64,000 nucleotides of DNA. Source: Amoebidium appalachense. Lineage: Eukaryota; Protista; Ichthyosporea. How positions within the stretch are numbered: position 1 is the stretch's first letter; the number at the start of each line of letters is the position of its first letter. The position numbers and the translations under genes are program-made. The stretch spans positions 4,769,149 through 4,833,148 of the forward strand of contig CAVNZM010000016.1 of NCBI GenBank assembly GCA_963693365.1, written 5' to 3'. Shown in pieces: positions 1-23,078 of this stretch. Below the pieces are notes generated by a model. That model ran no database searches. It was not told where the DNA came from and saw only the letters and a program-made list of their open reading frames with translations.

Positions 1-444
1 CAGATACGTAATCATTCTGATCCGTGCGCCGACTCCCCGAGTCCGATCGTGGTCGAGAGTGGCACAGCCTCTGCCACTCTTGAACGTGATTTGCATATAT
101 ATATCCGAGTATTCCTAATTTCTACGATGTACGAGATATATCAGGCTATATGCAGATATATGTAAATATATGTAAATATATGGTGTAAATATATACGAAT
201 ATATACGAATATATACGAATATATATAAATATATGCAACTTGCGGGTGACCTCTCTAACTAGTAAATGCGGAACGCTTTGCTAATGGTTTGCGTGTTGGC
301 TGATGTCGTATGTGCTAATGTTATGTTCGCTCGCAAATGTTATGTTTGTCATGTGATGTTATGTTTGCTTACTTATGTTAATTTGTTCGCAGATGTTATG
401 TATTTTCTAATGCTATATTTGCTAATGTTTTGTTGGGTCTGCAG

Positions 445-3713
<3,269 letters not shown>

Positions 3714-5672
3714 TGACAAGCCACTGGAAATCCTTGTATGAACGGCCGAAAGACCCGAGGGGGAGGGGGGGGGGGGGGGGGAGGGGGGGGGAGGGGAGAT
3801 TGGCACTGGAATGAAGGTAGCAGTACGAGATGCTAGTGTTTACGAATCAAGTTTTTTGTTAGAACGACGGAACAATACTGACTGTTCTGAGTATGCATGA
3901 ATGCACGAGGTTGAATGCTCCTGAAGTTCCATACTGGAGCTTTGCCATTGAAAGCCGTTCCATGTCCACAAAGTTGTATTGTGGCATGTTCATGCACCTT
4001 CTGGAATTCGAATTCCTCCTCTTTTTTTTTAAAGCATGGTGTTTGATTTGGTGTTGGTTGTTGAACGTCTCTGTATCCGTCCATTGGACTGCACATGAGC
4101 CTGTTTGTGAAACAACACTACAGATCTGCACCTAGACGGCTGACGTCATCCACCCCTGAGACTCCTATTCGGATACCAGATCTCTATTGAGTGGAGCCCG
4201 AGCAACTCAATAGAGCCCGAGCATTGCACGCAAATAAACTACTGAAGGATGGCAGGAGACATGTACATGGGGTTAACGTTGGTGGCGAGGTCTAAAAATC
4301 TCTCACCACTCCATGTATTACACTGCTTGGCTTCGTTTGATAATATAAACACAACCGTTCGATCAAGTGTGTGAACAACTTTGACAAACCGCATATACGG
4401 TCACATATGCGCGGGTTGCTACATAAACAGTGTGGGCCACTCCCTCCAGTCCCCCTCCCTCTCCTCACCTCCCCTTCACACATACGCACACCAAAAACAC
4501 ACAAACGCACATGTATGTATGTACCGTGACACACACATAAACACACACATAACCACTAGTGTTTCCGTACACTGAATGCAAGAGTCGGAGTGCACCCGAT
4601 TCCATTGCAAAATTTACTTATGACATGTGTTGTACACGGTTTTCAAAGAGATTAATAAAACTATTTGGCCATTAAAAGTGAAACAAAGAGACACACACAC
4701 AGCCACTGGCACACAAACACACCAAGGCCTCCTAAATAGCACACCATTTAGGAGGCCTTGAAACACACACACTTCCAGACCCCCCTTTGAACCATAAGAT
4801 CTTTTTGGTAACTTTGGCACGATTTGATTGGTTAAGCCCGTCAGCTTAATTTAGTATCGTTATTTTGATTGGATGACTGCATTTTCGTGGCTAAGAGGTA
4901 TGAAGATTTATTCTGTTTTTATCATCCAAACTTTCCGTATTTTGAGAACAGCCTACCAAACCTCTATGATTTTATCACATCTGATTTTCATTTTCCGGTT
5001 GATATTTATCCGGATAAATATTGCAATTATAACCCTGAATGCGATACGGGCTCGGAACAATAACGTTACGAGCTCAGTTTTCCCTCCCTCCCTTAAGCTT
5101 ACTTGTTTATTACATGAAAAAAAACCCTTGTTTAAACAAGCGTATGCGTTCATATTTTTTCTATAAGAAAAGGGAGAGTTATGTAAATAGTTTGCCACAG
5201 CAGGCTTGGTTGTTGATCATTACACACGGAAACGAATGGAAACAAAAACTTTGTTCAAAGCCTTAAAGGAAAAACACGTCTCAGGGGAAAGGTTGTTACA
5301 CACCACTTAACAGAAGCATTCTCAAAGTTAACAGGGAAATTTAGATGCGCTGTTGCCTGCAGTTTCTCTTTTTCATAGCGGCGGGCCCTGGTTTTTGCAC
5401 CAAATTACCACCGACCTGCATGCTTTCCTCTCGACGTGGGCATTTCTTCTGACACTACGGAAACGGAACCCACGCACAGAAAAAGTAAGCAGATTCTGGC
5501 TTCTTGCACGTTGTACTAGTTAAAAGGTAACTGAGCCCTTGGCCATAGCAGCATTTTTTTGGTGACGCCCTTTCTGTGCAATCCCCACACCCGTTGGTTT
5601 GTAAGGTGTTGTGGCTTCAGGGGAGAGAAAATTTGAACGTGAAGCTGTCTTGCTTCAAGCGATAACGGGAGG

Positions 5673-12397
<6,725 letters not shown>

Positions 12398-13590
12398 AGG
12401 AGAGGTGTTTTGGTGAGTTGTACGAATAAGAAAGATAGAAATGAACAGGGGCGGGTAGGGGTTAGGGGGTTTTCGTATGTGGCTTTTTCAGGTTTGGGTG
12501 GATAATGGGTGGGATGACGGGGGTGTGTGGGTGGTGTTGTGCGTGGAAGTTGGGGGTGGGTGTTGTGTATGGATCGTGGCACCGAATGCAAAGTGTTGGG
12601 CAGGTTTCGAATGACTGTTTGCGGGGTTGTTTTTTTATCTTTTCTTGATGGCGCACAAGAATATACGGGCCACACGGGTACACATATATGCATGCGCACA
12701 CGCGCGTGAGCGTGCGCGCGCACACACACACACACACAACACACAACACACAGGGGCGGTGTGTGCAGCACACACACACACATCTCATACCCTTACACGT
12801 GCACACGCAGGTGTCAAAAGGCAACAACATGCACACTGTATGTTCCTCTGCATAGCACCTCATCACTTATAACCTCTCGCACAGGAAAAGTACACAGCAC
12901 AGAGATAACGTGCCTAATATGCACATAATTTATCATTCTGCCATCCGGTTTTTTGCCCTGGTTTTTGATGTTTGATTTCTCTAGCAGCCTAATCCGGTTA
13001 GATTATCACGTACATCCAGTCGATTAGGCAATACACCTGCCAAGTAAAATATATAGAGGGGGTTTGTTTTCTTTTCCCCGTTTTTGTTAGACACTCATCT
13101 CCATCCTTTTGTTCTTGTCCCTTGTGTTTGGTTATTACTTTGGGAGAGTTTTCCTTTTCTCCACAGATTTATCTGTTTGCAACCTTTATGATTATCAGCT
13201 GAAAGGTACACACACATGCTTGTGGGAGGGTTTAGATATCAGTGTGTGTTCAAGTAGAAACGAAATTTGTAGTGGTGCTTTACATAGGTGTGGGGTAATT
13301 TTAAGATGTCGGATTCACGGATATATGCTTTGAGTTGGGGAAGAGGTACGATGTATGTTGCATAGCTTGGCTTATAGCTAGCAACAAACCCCAGAAATTG
13401 GGCGTTATACAGGTCCGAACGTACTGGGGAGGATATTCTGTATTTATGCTGAAATGGAAAACAATGTCTTTGCACATATCCCATGTTTCAGGGCTGGGTG
13501 TGCGACGTGTGGGGGCCTGTGGCTACATATCAAATTTTACGCAGTTGGCAGACTGCATACACATGAAACTATATGCTACTAGTTCACCCC

Positions 13591-14867
13591 GGCAACATTC
13601 CCGGTACACTGAACCGGTTGAACAAGAACTTCCTCACCGACATGGCCGGCAAGACCAAGGCTATGTCCATACTAGCCGACCCCAGACTGCTACCAGCCGA
13701 ACGGAACCCCCTCAAGCTCAACAAGGGGCCCGCACAGGCAACCATCGGGGCCGTCAGAGGTAACACTCGTAGCCTGTCCCTGGCTATGGGCACCATGCCT
13801 AGCTACCATGACACGGCTACACCGAGATCACCCCACCGTCGTTACACAGCCCACATGCCCCCGGTGCAGCCAGCACCCGGAGACCACCACCCACCTCTGG
13901 GCCTGCCCGGCCCATGCCGGGGAGGTCCCCACCCTGACCACGGCCATCACAGCCTGCATCCACAACGTCCTGCACACTCGTCACCCAAACACCCCCACGG
14001 CACAGCACCAACACACGGCAGCCAAGGTGGTAGACCAATGTGCATGGATAAACTGGATAGGAGGCAACGGTGAACCACCAGACACCGAAGACATCAAGTG
14101 GGTTGAACGGGGATTCTGCCCACGATCGGTGGGCCCACTGCTAGCAGCCACCGGCACCACCAAGACCATCACCCGGGCCATCTTAGGAAAAATCACAGTA
14201 GAGTTGCAGTCTTTTTTCTTTTCAAAAATTTGGCACCCACGGAACACAACACTCCCCCCCACCCACCCCAAATTGCAAAAACACCACCATACAACCACCA
14301 CCCGTAGAAAGAAAAGTACGGCACCCCAAAAACCCAAGACACACACAAATACACCCCACACACACACCCGGCCGGCCTGCCCTGACTGCCGGAATACACA
14401 CAGACCCAGTGTGCCCTGCAAACCCCACCTTTTAATTCACAAAAACATTGCCACAACATATGTACAACAACACATAATGTTAGGTAGCAACCCCCCACCA
14501 CCACTACCACAACACCCCATCATCCACCCATACCCACAGTAAATACTATACACAACACTTAGGACTTCCCAATACCGTAGATTGACCAATGAGAGCCCTC
14601 GCGATCGGTTAACGTATATTGCTAGGTTTTGAATGGAGGGGAGGACTGGAGCCTCCTGCCGGCATGGCTGGGGTAGTAGCCCTGGGCAAAGTGTGTACTT
14701 TTAGTTGCTAATAGGTTGTGAAGGATGGTTTAGCTTAGCTGAACTCATAGATAGCACCTTAACTAGTGTACTGTCGGTGCTGTGTGGTAGACGGTAGTTT
14801 CCCTAGAGGGCCTGAAAAGGCCCTCCGGGAGCAAAACGTGATAAAATAAAATAAAATAAAAAATAAA
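13591..14867 (+). mobile_element. 5'-truncated, frameshifted non-LTR retrotransposon (ORF2 C-terminus with CCHC zinc knuckle, structured 3'UTR, (TAAAA)n tail) with an 18-bp TSD
   Basis: CPRCSQHPETTTHLWAC zinc knuckle in ORF 13808-14542. Tail at 14841-14867. Flanking direct repeats atgctactagttcacccc (13573-13590) and atgccactagttcacccc (14868-14885). An apparent 4-nt insertion near 13801 breaks the GTMP-TMTRL frame. Confidence 0.88.
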
Positions 14868-14908
14868 ATGCCACTAGTTCACCCCCCTCCCCCCCCCCCC
14901 CCCCCCCT

Positions 14909-14939
<31 letters not shown>

Positions 14940-15030
14940 TCTGAATGTTTGCCTTTGCATGTGTCCTGCACCATGCTTCTCATCGCATATGTGTACTTCG
15001 TGCCGTATTTCGCATTTAAACCCCCCTCCA

Positions 15031-15139
<109 letters not shown>

Positions 15140-15789
15140 GTACACACACACACACTGGTGCCCCTACCCATCGGGTCCCACCTACGGTGCACCTACCACC
15201 ACATCAAACGTGCTGTGAACACCGGGCACACACCATGACGGAGCACTTTATAGAAGCTAATATTAGATCTTTCCGAAAGCTTGGAGAGCGGAATAGTTCT
15301 GTACGACTGAAGCCCTATAGCTAGGTTTAGGGAGATTGGGTTATATATTTATTATGATAAACCGCCCACTGACTCACGTGTATGATGGTGTCACGTGATG
15401 CACCGCCAAAAAAACCGTGTGTGTGCCTGGAGTACATACATACGTCTTGGGAGGGCAGCAATCCCCTGCTATATTACGTATATGGGGGTGACCTATTTAG
15501 GGTTTGTACTTAGCTTCGGGATCGAATCCTCCCCGGCCCCCCCTGAATTTACGTCACGAGTCATTGAAGCATGTTTTGTCCAATCAGGAGTGAGCGCACT
15601 TCGTTTGCAAAACTTTGCAGGAACCACACTTTGAGGGGGTCCCCGATCCTGAATATCAATTGAGAGGGCTTCTCTGTGCCTCTACCGCGTTATTACGATT
15701 GCATGTGCTCTACAAACCCGGCGAATCGGCCACACACACACACACACACATACACACATGCACATAGGTGTCGCACGTGCACACAGTAC

Positions 15790-17070
15790 AGTATAATTGG
15801 AGTTGGATAGTCATATATTTGAAGCTGGAGAGTGATATACAAGGATATACTTGGACTTACATCCGGATAGTCATTTACTTGGAGCTGAATATAGTCATAT
15901 ATTTCAATAGCTGGATAGCCTATATGATATACTTTGAGCTGGATATTCATATACTTGGAGCTAAACAGACATATTTTTGGAGCTGGGATTGAAAATTCTA
16001 CGAGCTACATAGTCATATAATCGAAGCTGTATAGTCGTATATTTGGAGCTGGATAATCATACTAACATATACTAGGAGCTAGATAATCACATCAGGATCC
16101 TTGGAGCTGGATATATAATCGGAGCCAAAGAGTCATACTGGTCATATATTTAGAGCTTGATAGTTATATAGTCGGAGCTGGATAGTCACGTAGTTGAAGC
16201 TGGTTAGTTATTATACAATTGGAGCTAAATAGTCATATATCTGGAGGCGCTGGATAGTCATATATTTGGAGCTGGATAGTCGTATACTAGGAGCTGAATA
16301 GTCATATAATCGGAGCTGGATAGTCATATTATTGGAGCTGGATAGCCTACAATCGGAGCTGGATAGTCATATACTAGGAGCCGGATAGTCATAAAATTCC
16401 GGGAGCTGGATAGTCATACAATCGGGCTAAATAGTCATCATGTGGAGCTGGATGGTCATATAATCGGAACTGGAAAGGCAGATTCTAGGTGCTGAATGGT
16501 CATATAATCGGAGCCGGATAGTTATATCCAAACAATCGGAGCGCTGGATAGTCATAAATTTGGAGCTGGATAGTCATATACTTGGAGCTGAATAGTCATA
16601 TATTTGGAGATGGATAGTCATATACTAGAAGCTGAATAGTCATACAAGCGGAGCTGGATAGTCATATATATTGAGCTGGAGAGTCAAATAATTGGCGCTG
16701 GATAGTCATATATTTGGAGCTGGATAGTCATATACTAGGAGCTGGATAGTTAAATAATTGGAGCTGGATCCGGATAGCCAAATACTTGGAGCCGGATAGT
16801 CATATTTGGAGCTGCATAGTGATATACTTGCAGCTGGATATTCATATACTTGGAGTTGAATAGTCATATAATTGGAGCCAGATAGTCATACACTTCGAGC
16901 TGGATAGTCATATACTTGGAGCTGGGTTGTAATATGCTTGCAGCTGGATAACCATATATTTGGAGCTGGATAGTCATATATTTGGAGCTGGACAGTCATA
17001 CAATCGGAGCTGGATAGTCATATATTTGGAGCTGGATAGTCATATATTTAAATTTGGAGCTGGGTAGTCA
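15790..17070. repeat. ~22-bp minisatellite (consensus TATATTTGGAGCTGGATAGTCA), roughly 55-60 degenerate copies
   Basis: Tandem GGAGCTGGATAGTCA core with variable linkers (tatattt / tatacta / tataatc). Confidence 0.95.
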
Positions 17071-17164
17071 TGTGTATATACTTCAGTTTATCATTGGCAT
17101 ATCTTTGTGTTTGCACAAGTTGTACATTCATCAATAATAGCAGCTGGGTGACTGTAGCTGTGAC

Positions 17165-18563
<1,399 letters not shown>

Positions 18564-18657
18564 TCACTGTTTCTGTGGCACCCCCGAGGGTAAAAAGGGG
18601 GGGGGGGGGGGGGGGTTGAATGTGGAACACAGTACGAAGTACGCAAACACGATGAGA

Positions 18658-18692
<35 letters not shown>

Positions 18693-19223
18693 GCCAAACG
18701 TACCACACATTCTTCAGCACGAGTTGCCATCATCTCATTATCATAGATAATACATCTGCTTACGTTCTTTGCAAGATCTAGGACAGTTGATACACATGGC
18801 TCGGTAAACATAGGTACACATGGCTCGGTAAACATGACAAGCGCTAGAGCTACAATATAGTGTGGACTAGTCACCCACACAACTCCCAATGTGCATGCAA
18901 AGTGTCTCATACGTTAAAGACATCAACTTGAATAGGGCGAAACATGGAATGGACTGTTACACAAATGTGCAACCCCTATATATCAAACTCCTATTAGTAG
19001 AACGAGCTATACACAAACATATTCATGCCTCATTTTCTACTGAAATTACTTCTTTTTTCCGATCACAACGACAATATCTCGAGCTCAAATAAGCTTAGAC
19101 GTACTCCAACACATAGCATTATCCGACGGTCACCTATTCAAAAGGTCACAAGGGAAATTGTTTTACCTTCACAAATTCGCGCATTTTCAGTTCGTTTCTT
19201 TACCCACCCACCCCACCCCCCAA

Positions 19224-19265
<42 letters not shown>

Positions 19266-19392
19266 ACTGCTGTACTCAACAACTTCCCCCAGAAACTAGG
19301 TGCAGGAACCGAAGAGAAAGCAAAAGAGAATGCCACACTCCATACACTACATCCCCGAAACCAGAAATCAGTCAAAGCCGCCACAAACCCCC

Positions 19393-19423
<31 letters not shown>

Positions 19424-19447
19424 AAAAATAATAATAAAAAAAAACCG

Positions 19448-21689
19448 CTAATTTGGTGGTGGTTGGTAGTCACCCTCTCCATTTTCTTCATCCTCCGGGC
19501 CCCATATGTGCTCACCGGACAACTCGCTATGTCTCGGCCAATCAGCCACCTGACACTCCTCGGAGCAGTATGCATACTGATTGACGTCATCCTTACAGCA
19601 ATAGAGGTCCGCCGGCTGCCCACACAGCCTACACTCTGCAGGGGCCATTTCCATTTCGTCTTCGACGCATTCCTCCTCCAATGGCGATCGTTCTTTAGAC
19701 TTGTTTCGCTCCTTTCGGTCGCTTCCGTCGCGCCGATCCCGGTCCCGATCCCGATCCCGATCCCGATCACGCTTCCTGCGATCGCGATCGCGCTCCCGAT
19801 CCCTGTGGTCCCTGTCTCGTTCTCGGTCTTCCCGGTCGCGTTCCCTATCGCGATCCCAAGACGGTTCTCGATCACGGGAGTCCGATCTCCGGTCCCTCCC
19901 CCGCTCTCTCTCCCTCTCTGAATACTTATCCCCCGACCTTTCCTTCTCCCTCGTTCCATCCCTGTACGAATCATGACTTCTATCCCTTTCCCTTGAGCCA
20001 CCCCTCCTGTCGCTCTCTCGCACATTTCCCCCTCTTTCCCTGTCTCTTTCGTTCCTTCTCCCTTCTCTCTCACTTGCGTCCACATTCCTCCTTCTATCTT
20101 CCTCCCTCACCCTCTCCCGATCGCGATCTTCCCTTCGATCCCTTGCAGGTGTTTGCTCGGTTTTCACCAGCTCCCTCTCTCTCGATCTGCGATCTTTCTC
20201 CTCCGATCCACGCCTATCGCTTGTAATCAGCGATGCCGACGCCCGCGGATCTCGATCCCGCGGTATAATCCCATTCTGTTGCACTGGGACAGACGGGTCT
20301 AATCTGCCGGCCGGCCGTCGTGAGAGCTTGGGTGATTCCGGCCACTCTTCAAGTGAAGGCACGGGTATACCCCAGCTATCTCTCATAACGGTGGTCGGAT
20401 TAGGGGCGGGTGTAGCGGCGGGTGGGGCTTGCGGTGGTGGTTGCAACCCCCCTCCGGGAGTAGAATTAGGGACATGGACGGAGACCGGTTGGGTGGCAGG
20501 AGGGGCGTTGGGTGTTGGGAAATTTGGGGCTCCGGGGGGTGCAAACGTTGGGGTGGTTGGTGGGGTGGACCCAGGAGCCACCTTGTTCTTGTAGTCTGCA
20601 ACCGATATACGCCGAATCCTTTTCGCCTCTGCGGGTGTGGGTGCCGGTTGCTGATTGGCCGTCCGCGCAGCGGCGACGACGGGCGTAGCAGCGGGGTTTC
20701 CGGGAGGGGTTTCTACAGCTGTTGCCTTTTGTCGGCGTAACCGTGGGTCCCTTGCAATCTTTGCTTTCTCCTTAGCAAAGGCATCCTGAGACGCTTCCGT
20801 ATTAGGCAAGGTGGAAGGGGTGGTGGTGGCGGCGGCGGCGGCGGTGGTGGTTGCTGGTTGGGCCGGTTGAGGCATGGGTACCGGAGCCGGTGTGGGCACA
20901 GATAACACACGCCCAAGAAGGGGATTCGGGCCCAAAGACGGGGAAACGTGGGGTTGGGGTTGTGCCGCGGCAGGGCTGAGTGCCGGGGCAGGTATCAGTT
21001 CGAGTCGGGTTTCGGGTCGGGCCGGTGGTAGGGGGGATGTGTCTCCACCTGGGGGTGGGGCCGGCTTCTTGCGCGGGTCCCTTGGACCCCCCGGTTTGGG
21101 CGCAATTACGGGCTTGGGTGGGGGTTGTAACTGGTATGGAATCGGTTGGACGGGCCGATTTCGATTCTCCAACCGAGGATCCGTGGGGGCTTTCACCACC
21201 GGAGTAGACGAAATTTCACCAAGCCCAGGCTGGGGTGGTTGATGGGATTGAGCGAGCTGCAAAAGGGCAATTTGCGTACTTAGCGGAATTTCGATGATGG
21301 CAGGGGAGGAAAGATCCCCACCACCCCCGTTAGGAACAGAGGGTGGGTTTTCCACGGTTGGAACACGAGCGTCATCCCCCGTCTGACCTCCTACCGACGC
21401 GTCTTGGTAGGATTGGGATGGGGTTTGCGCCGCCGCGGCTGCACCTTTTGGGGAACATTGCATTTGCGGGGACCGGCGTTGGAACGGGGAGGGTATGTCA
21501 CTTGTAATGGTCGTGAGGGTGGGTTTTGGGCTGGGTCGTTTGGGGGGTTGGGTTGGTTGCGTTGGGCGGTGCTGAAGGTGCGGTTGGTGTAGGGGCTGGG
21601 GAGGAGGTGTTCGGAACCTGCAAATAGGGAATATGGGTTAATTGTGAGCACACATGGAAAAGGGGGGAGAAAAAGAAGGAGGGAGGGGG

Positions 21690-21725
<36 letters not shown>

Positions 21726-22306
21726 TTATGCAGGAAGGCACGTGAACAGAGACTATCATCAGTTCTGTCTCAAACATAAAATTGGGGTTGGTTTAAGATT
21801 AGATTGAGATCTCATTACAAAATGTCGAGACATTGTTAGGCGTTTCTCTGCCCCTCTCTCTTTCAGTACCGATACTTGTAGACACAAGGGGTGCTGCATA
21901 ATACGTGTGTGTGTGTGTGTGCGCGCGCATGTGCGTGTGTGTGTGTGTGCGTGTGCGCACGTGTGTGCGTGTTTGTATGTGTTTGTGTGTTCGTACGCAC
22001 ACTGAGAGCCCCAAACTCTGCTATCGTGCACACTTAATTATGTTCACGTACAAGGGCATGCGACGGTGCCTATGTATGTATGCATACAACGGCATCAAGC
22101 AACCTGTGTGGTATGCTGCTTGATTTTGTATTAATGTGTGTGTTCGCGTATGTGAACTTGCGTGCTTGTGTGCAAAAGTGGCTTGCTTGTGTGTGCGAAC
22201 GGGTGTGTGCGTGTGTGCTTTGGGTATACGTGTTCGTGCATGCTTTGCCTACAGCATGTGTATAGAGAGGTGGGGAGGGAGAGGGGGAGTGGAGGGAGGG
22301 ACGGAG

Positions 22307-22378
<72 letters not shown>

Positions 22379-22584
22379 TGGTTGAGAATGTGTTACAGTA
22401 TACGACGCACACGTTCATGACTCACAACACAAAGCAGATCATGCACGAAAGAGCACACACAAAGCGTAGAGATCCTAAGCCGAAGGGAGCAGAGTGGGTG
22501 AGCGGGCGGGTGGGTGGGTGGGTGGTGGTGGTGGTGTGTGTGTGTGTGTGTGTGTGTGTGTTGGGGAAAGGGGGAGAGCAGAAT

Positions 22585-22637
<53 letters not shown>

Positions 22638-22999
22638 GCACGCACCTTTCTCACTCCCTGGCCTTTCTCATCACGTGCACCCCCTGTCTCCTCAACCTTC
22701 CGTCGTTTCCTCTCATCCTCCCCCCCATCCCCGCCAACCGACCCCCCCGCCGCCCTCTTCCCTCTCCCCACCAACACCCCACCACCTTCTCCCCCCCCAG
22801 GTGGTCTCTCTCCCCCCTCCTTGCCCGTCCCCCCTGCCTGCACGTGCGCGCTTGTGGTTGTGGCTTGGAGAGGGGGGAGAGGTGGGTGGTTTTGGGTCGT
22901 CGCGTGTGCGTTTGGGTGGGGGTTGGTGTGTTGTGTCCGGGCTGAGGTCGGCTCGGACCCGTTTTGCCGACTGTTGTTGTAGTGGTGGTGGTGGCTGTG

Positions 23000-23078
<79 letters not shown>

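Noticed and set aside
14640-14720. HDV-like ribozyme (GCC-TCCTGCC-GGC resembles P3/L3)
   Set aside because: I could find no matching P1 5' strand or P2 partner.
14811-14845. Hammerhead-like CTGAAAA...AAAAC
   Set aside because: Core positions G8 and G12 are missing, and the perfect GAAA-capped hairpin explains the sequence better.
15485-15545. tRNA/SINE-like B-box GGATCGAATCC
   Set aside because: No A-box at the proper spacing and no cloverleaf.
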